DNA from: a virus
IMG/VR virus record: IMGVR_UViG_3300029822_000007
Span: 31-64,030 of that record
DNA length: 64,000 nucleotides
Strand: one strand, 5' to 3'
Shown: positions 1 through 9,283 of the stretch, one piece after another
Numbering within the stretch: position 1 is the first letter of the stretch
Layout: every line of letters begins with the position of its first letter
Made by a program: the position numbers and the translations under genes
Notes under the pieces: model-generated
What the model was told of the DNA's origin: nothing
The model's input: only the letters and a program-made list of their open reading frames with translations
The model's database searches: none

Positions 1-105
1 CCAGTATGCTGTTATAATTTGGTCAGTGTACTGGTGGTTTTCAACATATGGCAACCCGCCATTTACATCATTAATATACATATCATTTTGTCCTACTGGT
101 ATTAA
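1..105. repeat. 105-bp exact direct repeat, copy 1 (identical to 58637-58741)
   Basis: Base-by-base comparison: ccagtatgct...ggtattaa is identical, then diverges (cctag vs gccct). Confidence 0.95.
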
Positions 106-702
106 CCTAGTGCAGAAATCATGTGTATCTTGTTTAATATTTAGGGCAACTAAATTAAGTTTATCATTAAAAAATGTACCCTTGCTGGTACCCATACTAT
201 TTAAAAAGTTTACAATCTTATTCTTAGCATCAAACTGTAAATCACACATATACGTTTCAGCTAATTTCTTTAATATATCCAATGCAGTTGAATTAGTCAT
301 TGCCAAACTTCTTAATTTAGTAACATTGGTATTAACTGTCCAACCACTACCAATCAGGGCATTATTTGCTATTTCTGTAATGAGTACATTTGTTCTCGTA
401 AACGCATTGTTATATAAACATTTTAAAGCTTCTGTATCAACCTCGCATTCAACTGCAATTAAATTATCAGAACCCGGGTTTACTTCTTTAATCACATATA
501 CTTGGTCAGCTGTTAAAATATGATTTTGTGTTTTTATAACATCAACCATAGTATCTTTTACTTCTTCTGCACCCACTACATTAAACATAGCATAGTTAAA
601 TTCTAGAGTATCAGTTCCAGTTATATCCCTTGTTCTTTTAATATCTTGGGCGGAAGGTAAAACCCCCAACTGAGCATAATTTGCATCTGCAATTATTAAC
701 AT
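1..702 (-). CDS. Tail-associated (Tal/endopeptidase-type) tail protein 1, N-terminal 234 aa, running off the window edge; absent from the ORF track
   Basis: My translation: ATG at 702 with GAGGAGG RBS, open to base 1 (MLIIADANYAQLGVLPS...DFCTRLIPVGQNDMY...TAYW). Paralogous to the N-terminus of 58877..61996 (LGVLP, DTLEFNY, TRLIPVG). Confidence 0.9.
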   Translation of the reverse strand, partial: MLIIADANYAQLGVLPSAQDIKRTRDITGTDTLEFNYAMFNVVGAEEVKDTMVDVIKTQNHILTADQVYVIKEVNPGSDNLIAVECEVDTEALKCLYNNAFTRTNVLITEIANNALIGSGWTVNTNVTKLRSLAMTNSTALDILKKLAETYMCDLQFDAKNKIVNFLNSMGTSKGTFFNDKLNLVALNIKQDTHDFCTRLIPVGQNDMYINDVNGGLPYVENHQYTDQIITAYW

Positions 703-731
703 TTCGTTATACCCTCCTCATTATAAAACTA

Positions 732-1121
732 CTAAAAATCTTCAATCATGAATTTTAATGCGTCTAATTCGGCACCACTTAAAGTTGCATTGCCTAGGAT
801 TTCTAATTTAAATTGCATTAAATTTAGCTCAATCTCAATATTTAGTAATTTATCAATTTCTTCATTACAACCTTTTACATCATCTATTAATGGCAAACCA
901 GTATTTTTATCACATACTGGCTCACCTTTATCATCTTTTTTAGCAAACTTATTTCTAACCTTGCCAACTACCTTATTAAATGGCACTAATGCATCATTAA
1001 TTGCTTCCACATTTTTAGTTATTGCATATGAAGCCATCACTGGCAATTTCTCCTGCAATACCATTCCTAATATTTTAGTTCTATTTAATAAATATTTATT
1101 TGTTACTTTTACTTTTTTCAT
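732..1121 (-). CDS. Hypothetical tail-module protein, paralog of 62032..62436
   Basis: Lies between Dit and Tal; shares the C-terminal L..LKFMI.DF motif with its paralog. Confidence 0.7.
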   Translation of the reverse strand: MKKVKVTNKYLLNRTKILGMVLQEKLPVMASYAITKNVEAINDALVPFNKVVGKVRNKFAKKDDKGEPVCDKNTGLPLIDDVKGCNEEIDKLLNIEIELNLMQFKLEILGNATLSGAELDALKFMIEDF

Positions 1122-1141
1122 ATTATTAACCTCCTAAAAAA

Positions 1142-1396
1142 TTATCGTATTGTTACATCTAATGTTGCATTTATCTTTGCATTTACTTGTGCTACAAAAT
1201 CATCAAGAGCTGTTTTTACAAGTGCCGCATTGGCTTTTATTGTATCAGTTTGGTCATCTTGAAATCTTACACCTATATCAAAATTATTGTTTCGTATAGT
1301 TGCATTTACATTTCCAACTGTCACTTCTTTGGTAGCACCTTCTGCACCAGTAGTAATTGTTATTGGTCCATTTATTGATACACTTTCATTAAACAT
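1142..1396 (-). CDS. Hypothetical tail-module protein (84 aa), paralog of 62439..62693
   Basis: Same length and NNFDI motif as its paralog; GGAGG RBS. Confidence 0.7.
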   Translation of the reverse strand: MFNESVSINGPITITTGAEGATKEVTVGNVNATIRNNNFDIGVRFQDDQTDTIKANAALVKTALDDFVAQVNAKINATLDVTIR

Positions 1397-1414
1397 ATAA
1401 ATTCCTCCTAATTT

Positions 1415-2251
1415 TTATACATATCTAGGTTTATAACTTGTAGTTACTTCTAATGTTATATCATGTTCATCTGACATAACTGCATATGGGTTAACATTAA
1501 TTGCAATTGATTCACCACTGCGTTTCACCGGTAATACTGGAAAATCACCATTAAATTTGAGTGGTGTTACAACATTATTTCTATAGGTTTTAAATGTTTC
1601 AGTATCAACCTCGGCAGTATCACCATTATTTAAACCTATAAAAGTAAATTGATTTGTTACAAAAGAATCTAAAATATTAAATGTGCCGGGTTTATTAATA
1701 CCAAAATAAAATCCAGTATCTGTGGTTAGCCCTGATACTACTCTAGCATTAATATTTAAAGGTGAGGCAACATTACCCTGTGGCACCACTGTTATTGCTT
1801 GTGGTATTGTACTATTAAATACCAGGGTATCTGTTTGTGATACCACTGGTAAATAACCATAACCACTACTTAAAGTATACTTCACTAAATATAAATAATT
1901 ATTACCATCAATATTAGTATCCGGGTCACCATACCACGTAACTTCCGGGTCACCATTTAGTATTACATCATACAAAAATTGAGCATCATTAAATTGTATA
2001 GTTGCATTACTTAATTCTTTTGTAATATTACTGATGCTAATTAAAGCATCAGTTTTAGTTAAACCATGTACCAGCAATGATACTGTTAATGGTCTTTCTT
2101 TAAAAAGCAATGAAGTAATTAGAGGGGAAGGTGCCAGCCTTGACCAATATGAAGTATATTCAGCTTTATTGGTACCAAACGTATACTCTATTAAATCTGC
2201 ATTTAAATCTAATATACTTTTATCATTTATTGTCATACTTAAATCTGCCAT
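1415..2251 (-). CDS. Distal tail protein (Dit) 1
   Basis: Directly follows the TMP; siphovirus Dit-like size and ends (GDFP, YKPRY.). Confidence 0.75.
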   Translation of the reverse strand: MADLSMTINDKSILDLNADLIEYTFGTNKAEYTSYWSRLAPSPLITSLLFKERPLTVSLLVHGLTKTDALISISNITKELSNATIQFNDAQFLYDVILNGDPEVTWYGDPDTNIDGNNYLYLVKYTLSSGYGYLPVVSQTDTLVFNSTIPQAITVVPQGNVASPLNINARVVSGLTTDTGFYFGINKPGTFNILDSFVTNQFTFIGLNNGDTAEVDTETFKTYRNNVVTPLKFNGDFPVLPVKRSGESIAINVNPYAVMSDEHDITLEVTTSYKPRYV

Positions 2252-5200
2252 TATTTCCTCCTCCTTACATTACCATTAATCTTTCTTGATATTTCAGTAG
2301 ATAAATAATCAATTGATTCCCTATCTGTAAAGGCATATTTGCCATCAAGGTGTAATTCAACTTTGGCAGGGGTACCACCAGTAGTATTTAAACTATCCTG
2401 TGCTTTCTTCACTAAATTTAAATTATTATCACCTATTACATTATTTGCATTTTCAAAAACATTACTTATGCCACTAACACCAGCTTGTACGCCAGTTACT
2501 AATCCTTGTAGAGTATTTAAAACAGAAGTCATATTCGTAACTAAATTATTAGTTTGCATATTACTTAAAACTGTTTCTCCTCCTCTGAACCATTTTAACG
2601 CATTTCCCAGTACAACCTCAAGTCCTTTTTCACCTACTGCATGTGCTCCCGGGGTTGCATTATTTGTTCCGGTTGCATAACCAACATAATTTCCACTAAA
2701 TAAATGTGGTATATTATATGGGCTACCATATCTAGCTTTAATATAATTTAAGGCTGACATTATATTGTCAATGGGGTTCATTATATTACCATGTCCACTA
2801 GCCGCATAACTGTTAAAAGTAGAACCTAACATCTGCATTAATCCAGTGGCATGTTCTCCTCCCACTGCCTGACTATTAACAGATAATGGGTTACCACCTG
2901 ATTCTTTCTGTACTAAAGTTTGCAATGCTGGCAACCATGCTAGAGGCTTTCCTGATTGTGCTAATGCAGTTGTAAGCCATGCACCTACTTTGGCACTACC
3001 AACAATACCATGTGCAAAATTAATAGCACCACCGAATACTTTCTGTACTACTGCCTTAATATGTCCGGCACCACTCAGCAGAGCATTTTCAAGCCCTTTA
3101 ATTAAATATCCACCCATTGCATAGGTTTGTTTGGATGGTGAAGCAATACCAAATACTTTCTTCATACCAGTTAATAAATCCTTGGCTAATTTTTTAGCAA
3201 AAGCTACAACTTTACCTCCAATAGCCTTTAAACCATTCCATAAACCTTGCATGATATCCTTACCAATATTTACAAAGTTTTTAGGGAAATTTTTAAACCA
3301 GTTAACTAAACCATTCCACATCTTTTTAATTCCAGCAACTGCCCCAGTTAATAAACTGATTGCACCATTCTTAAAAAAGCTAAATATATTTCTACCCGTA
3401 TTAGCAAATACTGTAGGCATACTTCTAAAGAAATTAACAACCCCATTCCACAAAGCCTTTATACCAGCAACAGCATTAGTTAAAAGAGATATAGCCCCGT
3501 TTTTAAAGAAGTTAAATATACTCTTACCTATATTAGCCATTACACCCGGGAAAGCTTTAAAGAACGCTACTAACCCATTCCATATAGATTTAATTCCCCC
3601 TACTAAACCATTCCATACTGCAAGCCCAGCAACCTTCATTGCATTCCATATCGCAAGACTTACTGCCTTTATACCATTCCAAACACCAGCAAAAAAATTA
3701 CCAATTGCAGAAAATGCAGTTTTAATTCCAGTTACTGCCGCTGTCCAACCTGTAGATATCCCAGCAATTGCAACATGCACACCGGATTTTATACCATTCC
3801 AGATTCCACTAAAAAATCCAGTAATACCGCTCCACGCACTCATAATAGTATTTTTAGCACTTGTAAATATTCCAGTAACAACCGCCCATACCTTTTTAAA
3901 ATACGGTGCTAACTTATCCCAATTTTTATATATAATTAATGCCGCTATGGCAATCCCATATATAGCAATCATTACTGGATTAGCCCCTAAAGTTAAAACA
4001 TTAAATGCTTTACCAATTCCACTTATAGCAGTAGATACAGCTTTTACATCCTTAACTATAGTAAAGGCTTGATGTATACTTTGCATCGCTTTAACTGTTT
4101 TAGCAAATATTAATAATGCAGGTCCAATTGCCGCTACTACTCCACCTACTGCAACTATAAATGTTTGCGAAGCTGGTGACATCCTATTAAAAGCCTTTAC
4201 TAAATTACCTAAATGGTCAGTAATACTTCTTATAGCAGGTGTCATAGTTTTACCTATCGCAGTAGCCGCTGATTCCAATGAACCCTTTAAACCTTCTATC
4301 GAACCTTTCAAGTTATCTTGGTTAGTTTTTGCCGCCGCTTTAGCCGCACCATCTGAGTTTTTGAGTTCTTTAGTTAAGCCTTTTAATTTATCTTGACCAT
4401 CACCAATTAATACTTGCATACCACTTAAAGCATCAGAACCAAATATGGTTGATAACGTTAATGCTTTTTGTTGCTGAGTCATCCCTTTAGTAGAAGATTG
4501 TAATTTACCTATAATTTCATTTAGTGGCAACATTTTTCCATTAGTATCAAAAGCACTAAATCCAATCTGTTTCATAAGTCCAGCCGCTTGTTTAGATGGG
4601 TTAGACAAACTATTTAATGCACTTCTTAATGTAGTACCAGCCTGTGAACCCTGTATACCTTGGTTAGCCATTTCACCAATCGCCGCTGTAACTTCTTCCA
4701 TACTCATACCAGCAGTATGAGCAATTGGTGCCACATATTTCATAGCTTCACCGGTACTGGCAACACTTGCATTTGTTGCATTAGCGTTCTTTGCTAATAC
4801 ATCTGCAACATGTCCAGCCTGTGAAGCCGCTAAGCCAAATCCTCTCAATGTAGTAGCCGCTATATCTGAACTTGTTGCCAAATCCTCTCCTGAAGCCGCC
4901 GCTAAGTTCATCATACCCGGCATAGCACTAGTAATTTCATTTACTGAGAAACCAGCAGAGGCTAGGTTTTCCATACCTTCAGCCGCTTCACTAGCACTAA
5001 AAGATGTGGAAGCACCCAAATCAATAGCCTGTTTTCTTAATGTCTCCATTTGTGAACCTGATGCTCCTGCAACAGATTGAACTCTACTCATTTGTGCATC
5101 AAAGTCGCTTGACATCTTTATTGCCGCCGCTCCAACACCCACAATAGGTAGGGTTACATGTTTAGCTAAAGAAGCTCCAACAGTATTTGCCGCACTTCCT

Positions 5201-5340
5201 AATGCTGTTATACGTTTGCCAGTACTTTCACTTCCATTGGCAAATGTTTTTAAATCATTCTGAGCTGATTGTAGGGAGGCTTTGAATGGGCTTGTAGATA
5301 ATGCCAATGTTGCCATTATTGTTCCAGCACTTAATGCCAT
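2251..5340 (-). CDS. Tape measure protein with C-terminal lytic transglycosylase (SLT) domain
   Basis: 1029 aa, Ala/Gly-rich TP901-type core, W/F-periodic repeats; ESGGNP...ATGLMQ lysozyme-like motif. Confidence 0.95.
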   Translation of the reverse strand: MALSAGTIMATLALSTSPFKASLQSAQNDLKTFANGSESTGKRITALGSAANTVGASLAKHVTLPIVGVGAAAIKMSSDFDAQMSRVQSVAGASGSQMETLRKQAIDLGASTSFSASEAAEGMENLASAGFSVNEITSAMPGMMNLAAASGEDLATSSDIAATTLRGFGLAASQAGHVADVLAKNANATNASVASTGEAMKYVAPIAHTAGMSMEEVTAAIGEMANQGIQGSQAGTTLRSALNSLSNPSKQAAGLMKQIGFSAFDTNGKMLPLNEIIGKLQSSTKGMTQQQKALTLSTIFGSDALSGMQVLIGDGQDKLKGLTKELKNSDGAAKAAAKTNQDNLKGSIEGLKGSLESAATAIGKTMTPAIRSITDHLGNLVKAFNRMSPASQTFIVAVGGVVAAIGPALLIFAKTVKAMQSIHQAFTIVKDVKAVSTAISGIGKAFNVLTLGANPVMIAIYGIAIAALIIYKNWDKLAPYFKKVWAVVTGIFTSAKNTIMSAWSGITGFFSGIWNGIKSGVHVAIAGISTGWTAAVTGIKTAFSAIGNFFAGVWNGIKAVSLAIWNAMKVAGLAVWNGLVGGIKSIWNGLVAFFKAFPGVMANIGKSIFNFFKNGAISLLTNAVAGIKALWNGVVNFFRSMPTVFANTGRNIFSFFKNGAISLLTGAVAGIKKMWNGLVNWFKNFPKNFVNIGKDIMQGLWNGLKAIGGKVVAFAKKLAKDLLTGMKKVFGIASPSKQTYAMGGYLIKGLENALLSGAGHIKAVVQKVFGGAINFAHGIVGSAKVGAWLTTALAQSGKPLAWLPALQTLVQKESGGNPLSVNSQAVGGEHATGLMQMLGSTFNSYAASGHGNIMNPIDNIMSALNYIKARYGSPYNIPHLFSGNYVGYATGTNNATPGAHAVGEKGLEVVLGNALKWFRGGETVLSNMQTNNLVTNMTSVLNTLQGLVTGVQAGVSGISNVFENANNVIGDNNLNLVKKAQDSLNTTGGTPAKVELHLDGKYAFTDRESIDYLSTEISRKINGNVRRRK

Positions 5341-5351
5341 TTATATCACCC

Positions 5352-5621
5352 TCATCGATTATATTTTTGCATCTGTTTTTGAATAAGTTTTGCAACTTCT
5401 TCATTATTTTTAGGTGCAACCTCGTCAATCCAATGTGGTGTTTTCCTCCATTTTAATTTTCCATCATCTTCATAATCATAATACATATAACTTTGAATGT
5501 AGGCTATCGCCTCATCAAAACAAAACGCATCATAATTATTTGTTATTCCCAGTATTTGACTTGGAATCTTGTGGTACCTTTCCACTTGGGTTATTATTCG
5601 TAACACGCTCTTGGTCTGCAC
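5352..5621 (-). CDS. Tail assembly chaperone, T (frameshift) portion
   Basis: Overlaps 5536..6009 in the +1 frame directly before the TMP; GTG start has no well-spaced RBS. Confidence 0.7.
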   Translation of the reverse strand: MQTKSVLRIITQVERYHKIPSQILGITNNYDAFCFDEAIAYIQSYMYYDYEDDGKLKWRKTPHWIDEVAPKNNEEVAKLIQKQMQKYNR

Positions 5622-6009
5622 GAAATCGTTCTAACCCTTTTACCCCCAATTGTGCGTAATTAAATATTTCAACTAATTGTGCATCTGTTAAATCTATTTC
5701 AGCATTTTCCAAATCTTCATATGATGGCTCAACCAAACATGATTTTGCTACGACCCTAAATATTTTAGAGGTTTCTTCCATGCTAGGTGCTTTTTTACTT
5801 GATGCCTTACCATTAAACACCTGCTCTGCCGCACCTAACAATGAGTTTGGTATTACACCCTCAACTACTAAATTCATCATTGATACTTTTTTAACTCTTG
5901 CTACGAATGGTATATCATCGTCCCAACCACTAAATTCTACAAGCTTTCCACTTGCTTGCTTTTTTATATCCAACAAACTCGATACTTTTAATTTTTTCTG
6001 TTCTGCCAT
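5536..6009 (-). CDS. Tail assembly chaperone G
   Basis: Position between tail tube gene and TMP; ends with a GVKGLERFR segment containing TTT CGT. Confidence 0.8.
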   Translation of the reverse strand: MAEQKKLKVSSLLDIKKQASGKLVEFSGWDDDIPFVARVKKVSMMNLVVEGVIPNSLLGAAEQVFNGKASSKKAPSMEETSKIFRVVAKSCLVEPSYEDLENAEIDLTDAQLVEIFNYAQLGVKGLERFRADQERVTNNNPSGKVPQDSKSNTGNNK

Positions 6010-6031
6010 TTAAAATTCCTCCTTATATTTT

Positions 6032-6053
6032 AAATAACCCTTTCGGGTTTATT
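6032..6053 (-). terminator. Possible terminator hairpin after the glycosyltransferase gene
   Basis: AACCC-gaaa-GGGTT followed by ATTT on the minus strand; short stem. Confidence 0.45.
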
Positions 6054-6957
6054 CACAATTTAATTTTAGCATAGCTTGCACATATTTACAACTACACTTA
6101 TTCTTATTTACCCAACTAAAATTTTTACCAATCGGACTTTCACGTACATATGCACCTTTAAAAAATAAATGGTCGTGCATATCAGGAGTTACGCCTGCGT
6201 TATGATATATTTTAGTTTTATACCAACGTTCTATATCGTCGGTAGCCCAACAAAAATCCAGTTCCTTTGATATCATTGGTACCAAACCAAACAAAGGCAT
6301 ATTATATAATTGAGCCCACATCTCAGCTGTCCATTTTTGTATTGGTGTGTAACCCAGTCCATGTGCATCAATATATCTTTGTTCATTTTTACAAAAGAAT
6401 CTATATAAAGTAATACAATCTATATAAACCTTGTGCCAGTATTTCGTCTGCGGTTTCCTTATTAGCCATTGAGCACCCGGGGCAACCTTACAATATTTTC
6501 TAATATCAGTTTCATTTACACCAATTAAATTACCCATTTTAGTAACTAAATCTTTCCCTTTACTATCTATATAATCGGTACCTAAATAACCTGTGCAATC
6601 ACTGCCATACCAAATTTTATCATTATTTTTAAATTTAGTAAAATCAGGTAGCTCTCTAAATATAACATCAGAATCCATATAGAAAAAATCTTCATTTTCA
6701 AATTGTGGGTTATGCTTTAAAAACTGCCAAAACAAATAAGGTTTTACACTGGGTATATATTTATTACTTGTATTATCATCAGGGTACACATAACACCTAG
6801 CACCATATTTTTCTTCAAAATATTTAGGCACTGTCGCATTATATTTAGTAAATAGTAGTATTACATTGGTAACTCCTAAACTTTTAAGGTTGTTAAGGCA
6901 CACGTCTAATTCCCACTGAAACCGTTGGATAGCTGGTTGAGCTAAAATAAAATACAT
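6049..6957 (-). CDS. GT-A fold glycosyltransferase, similar in motifs to GT95/GT96 peptide O-glycosyltransferases
   Basis: FFYMDSDVIF (DxD after a hydrophobic strand), upstream YIPSVKPY, downstream KWTAEMW and YHNAG; strong GGAGG RBS. Confidence 0.75.
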   Translation of the reverse strand: MYFILAQPAIQRFQWELDVCLNNLKSLGVTNVILLFTKYNATVPKYFEEKYGARCYVYPDDNTSNKYIPSVKPYLFWQFLKHNPQFENEDFFYMDSDVIFRELPDFTKFKNNDKIWYGSDCTGYLGTDYIDSKGKDLVTKMGNLIGVNETDIRKYCKVAPGAQWLIRKPQTKYWHKVYIDCITLYRFFCKNEQRYIDAHGLGYTPIQKWTAEMWAQLYNMPLFGLVPMISKELDFCWATDDIERWYKTKIYHNAGVTPDMHDHLFFKGAYVRESPIGKNFSWVNKNKCSCKYVQAMLKLNCE

Positions 6958-6979
6958 TCTAATCCTCCTTATTGTATAA

Positions 6980-7007
6980 AATTACACCCACATGTGTGAG
7001 TGTAATT
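6980..7007 (-). terminator. Hairpin between major tail gene and glycosyltransferase (partial terminator/attenuator)
   Basis: AATTACAC...GTGTAATT inverted repeat followed by TTTAT on the minus strand. Confidence 0.55.
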
Positions 7008-7014
7008 AAATTAA

Positions 7015-7617
7015 TTATACAGTTGTAGTTGTAGTAGTTGTAGGTGCAATTGTAGTAGTTGTAGTTTCTTCAGGTAACTCATCAATTATATCAACGGATA
7101 CTGGTGACTGCCCGGAAGCCGCTCTACTGTGGACTGTATATTTTGGTGCCAAAAATTCACCGTCTTTAAAATCAAATTCAGCAGGTGAACCTTTCGAGTT
7201 TGGGTAACTAAATTTAAAATACTTAACAATATTACCGTCTATATCTTTTTCAGCAGTGTATACATTAAATGTAAACTTTGTTCTGTCTACTACAATGCCT
7301 GTAACTGGTGAATCATAGCCAATAACATTGTTATTTTCATCATATCTTAAAGTACCACCATCAACAATTGCAAGCACCTCAGGTATAAATTTAGCATCTG
7401 TTAATTCTATATCAGAACCATACTGTATATCTTCAGTCCTATTTATAGCATGTAACTTATTTTTAGTTCTTAGTATTTGCTCATCACCCTCTGATAATAC
7501 CGCTTTGTAAGATGCTTCAGATGCAGTATCGAACGTAAATGAACGTGGTGTTTCTTCATCTGTAATTATTTCAACCCTTTCAATGTTGACTAAAGGATAT
7601 CCATCTACTTTTGGCAT
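7015..7617 (-). CDS. Major tail (tube) protein with Thr-rich C-terminal tail
   Basis: Position after the neck genes, beta-rich 200 aa; DNA decodes to ...EE-T5-IAP-T7-V. Confidence 0.85.
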   Translation of the reverse strand: MPKVDGYPLVNIERVEIITDEETPRSFTFDTASEASYKAVLSEGDEQILRTKNKLHAINRTEDIQYGSDIELTDAKFIPEVLAIVDGGTLRYDENNNVIGYDSPVTGIVVDRTKFTFNVYTAEKDIDGNIVKYFKFSYPNSKGSPAEFDFKDGEFLAPKYTVHSRAASGQSPVSVDIIDELPEETTTTTIAPTTTTTTTV

Positions 7618-7630
7618 ACATATCTCCTCC

Positions 7631-7975
7631 TTAAATTAGTGGGTGCTGTATTAAATATTGTACACTGCACGTAACCGCTTTAACAGTATCATCAGCAACT
7701 GTGGGAGTTTCAATTCCACTATATTTTAATGCAGTAAAACCCTTTAAATCTATCTTAACATTTTTCTTCAAGTTTAGCAATTCTAACATTTGAGTTCGTG
7801 GTGTAAAAAACATAATATCTACAATTGTGTTACCCACTTTATTAGTATCAAATTGTGCCATTGTTGAATCTTCTTTTATTACAATATATGGGCTTGTACA
7901 GTCATCGGTCTTTTGGTTAACTAAATAAACAGTGTAACCATGGGTAGTTAAAAAATCAAATAATTTATCCATCAT
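7631..7975 (-). CDS. Tail terminator protein
   Basis: Synteny directly upstream of the tube gene; size; PYIVI motif. Confidence 0.6.
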   Translation of the reverse strand: MMDKLFDFLTTHGYTVYLVNQKTDDCTSPYIVIKEDSTMAQFDTNKVGNTIVDIMFFTPRTQMLELLNLKKNVKIDLKGFTALKYSGIETPTVADDTVKAVTCSVQYLIQHPLI

Positions 7976-8325
7976 AATTTATTTAGCACCTCCGACCAGC
8001 CTCTTAATACTTTGCCTTGCCACTTGTCAATTGTGGGTACTAAAATAGCAAATCGCTTTTCCATTGCAAACTCTAAATATTTAAATTGTGGTGTATTACC
8101 CCTCAATTGTATTACTATTTCATTTTTATTATTAACTATTTGGAAATCCATTGTTTGCCTAGATAAACCAGTTCGGTCTGTCCATTTGGCATTCTTTTTA
8201 GCATCTCCCAGCATTTGTTGTGCGGCATCCTTAGCATAATGCTCACAACCATATATTATTTTTTCTTGACAAAACACTGTTTTTTCTAATACATCTTTAA
8301 TATCAACGTGAAAGCCATCTGCCAT
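7972..8325 (-). CDS. HK97 gp10-like neck/tail-completion protein
   Basis: AKWTDRTGLSR...YLEF...RFAILVPT motifs. Confidence 0.75.
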   Translation of the reverse strand: MADGFHVDIKDVLEKTVFCQEKIIYGCEHYAKDAAQQMLGDAKKNAKWTDRTGLSRQTMDFQIVNNKNEIVIQLRGNTPQFKYLEFAMEKRFAILVPTIDKWQGKVLRGWSEVLNKL

Positions 8326-8705
8326 TATTCAACCTCCTTTAACGCCATATTCAAATAAATTTCCATATTTGCTCCGGGTTCTTGAATTTCGAAAGTTTGC
8401 TGGTCATCTTGACTTGTAGTTTCAATAATATCTAATGGCTTAACTTTTAAAGCTTCTTCAGACCAGTCAGTTAAAAAATGCACTGAATTCGGTCCTTTAG
8501 TAAAATTGTTTTCACCCATACTAAAAAATATGGTTGCACTAGATGAATCATCTCTATATAATACACCTGTTAAATTTGTAATTATATTATACGTTCCATC
8601 TTCTTGTCCATATTTATCTTTATGCTTTCTTTTAATGGTTACATCAGTTGGAAATATTTGAATGGCTTGCTTAACAACACTACGCATTCTATCCTTACTT
8701 ATCAT
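8325..8705 (-). CDS. Head closure / head-tail joining protein
   Basis: Synteny and size. Confidence 0.55.
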   Translation of the reverse strand: MISKDRMRSVVKQAIQIFPTDVTIKRKHKDKYGQEDGTYNIITNLTGVLYRDDSSSATIFFSMGENNFTKGPNSVHFLTDWSEEALKVKPLDIIETTSQDDQQTFEIQEPGANMEIYLNMALKEVE

Positions 8706-9013
8706 TGTCCATCAGCTCTATTCATATAATTTATATAATAACCACCTGTGCCACCATTACTATCATCATCAGTAGCCGCTTTATCTGCATACTGTAATGA
8801 TAAATTTTGCCAGTATGATGCGTCCGGGTTTTGTATAGTAATTGGTCCAACTGTTATGCTTTTTTCATTATCCATCTTCATTAAGCACAGTTGTGAAGCA
8901 GTTAAATATACATTACCATTATTTATATCTAAATATTTTTGCAAATCATCATCTGAAAAATATGGGTATTTTGATTCCATTATTAAAAATTTTAGGAGTT
9001 CCAAATCATTCAT
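8702..9013 (-). CDS. Head-tail connector (adaptor) protein
   Basis: Synteny; YFSDDDLQKYL helical motif typical of connectors. Confidence 0.65.
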   Translation of the reverse strand: MNDLELLKFLIMESKYPYFSDDDLQKYLDINNGNVYLTASQLCLMKMDNEKSITVGPITIQNPDASYWQNLSLQYADKAATDDDSNGGTGGYYINYMNRADGQ

Positions 9014-9026
9014 CTTTGTTCCCTCC

Positions 9027-9209
9027 CTATTTTATTCTGCTAACAAGTTTACGTTTCTCCAAATCTGCTACAAAGTTTGCATCTGTCATTTTAAATATTT
9101 CACTTTTAGCTCTATATGCACCATCAACTTTTATATATTTTAAAGCAACCACTTTAATTTCAACTTTTTTAGCCTTTGTAGTAGTTGTAGTAGTTTTTGC
9201 ATCTGCCAT
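9027..9209 (-). CDS. Small basic head-module protein with N-terminal T6 run
   Basis: GGAGG RBS; MADAKTTTTTTKAKK. Confidence 0.7.
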   Translation of the reverse strand: MADAKTTTTTTKAKKVEIKVVALKYIKVDGAYRAKSEIFKMTDANFVADLEKRKLVSRIK

Positions 9210-9283
9210 AATATAATTACCTCCTAATAATCTAATTAATTAAAATGGGAGCTTACGCCCCCAACTTGTCCACACCATTAATA

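Noticed and set aside
3131-4072. Long plus-strand ORFs (also 26..523, 57552..58349, 60279..60851, 748..1137 and many shorter ones)
   Set aside because: They are antisense shadows of minus-strand genes, favoured by repeat-rich coding. They lack RBSs, and all promoters point the other way.
7021-7065. ACT/ACA triplet runs as DNA-level repeats or ncRNA
   Set aside because: They are in frame at gene ends with mixed synonymous codons, and are better explained as Thr tails.
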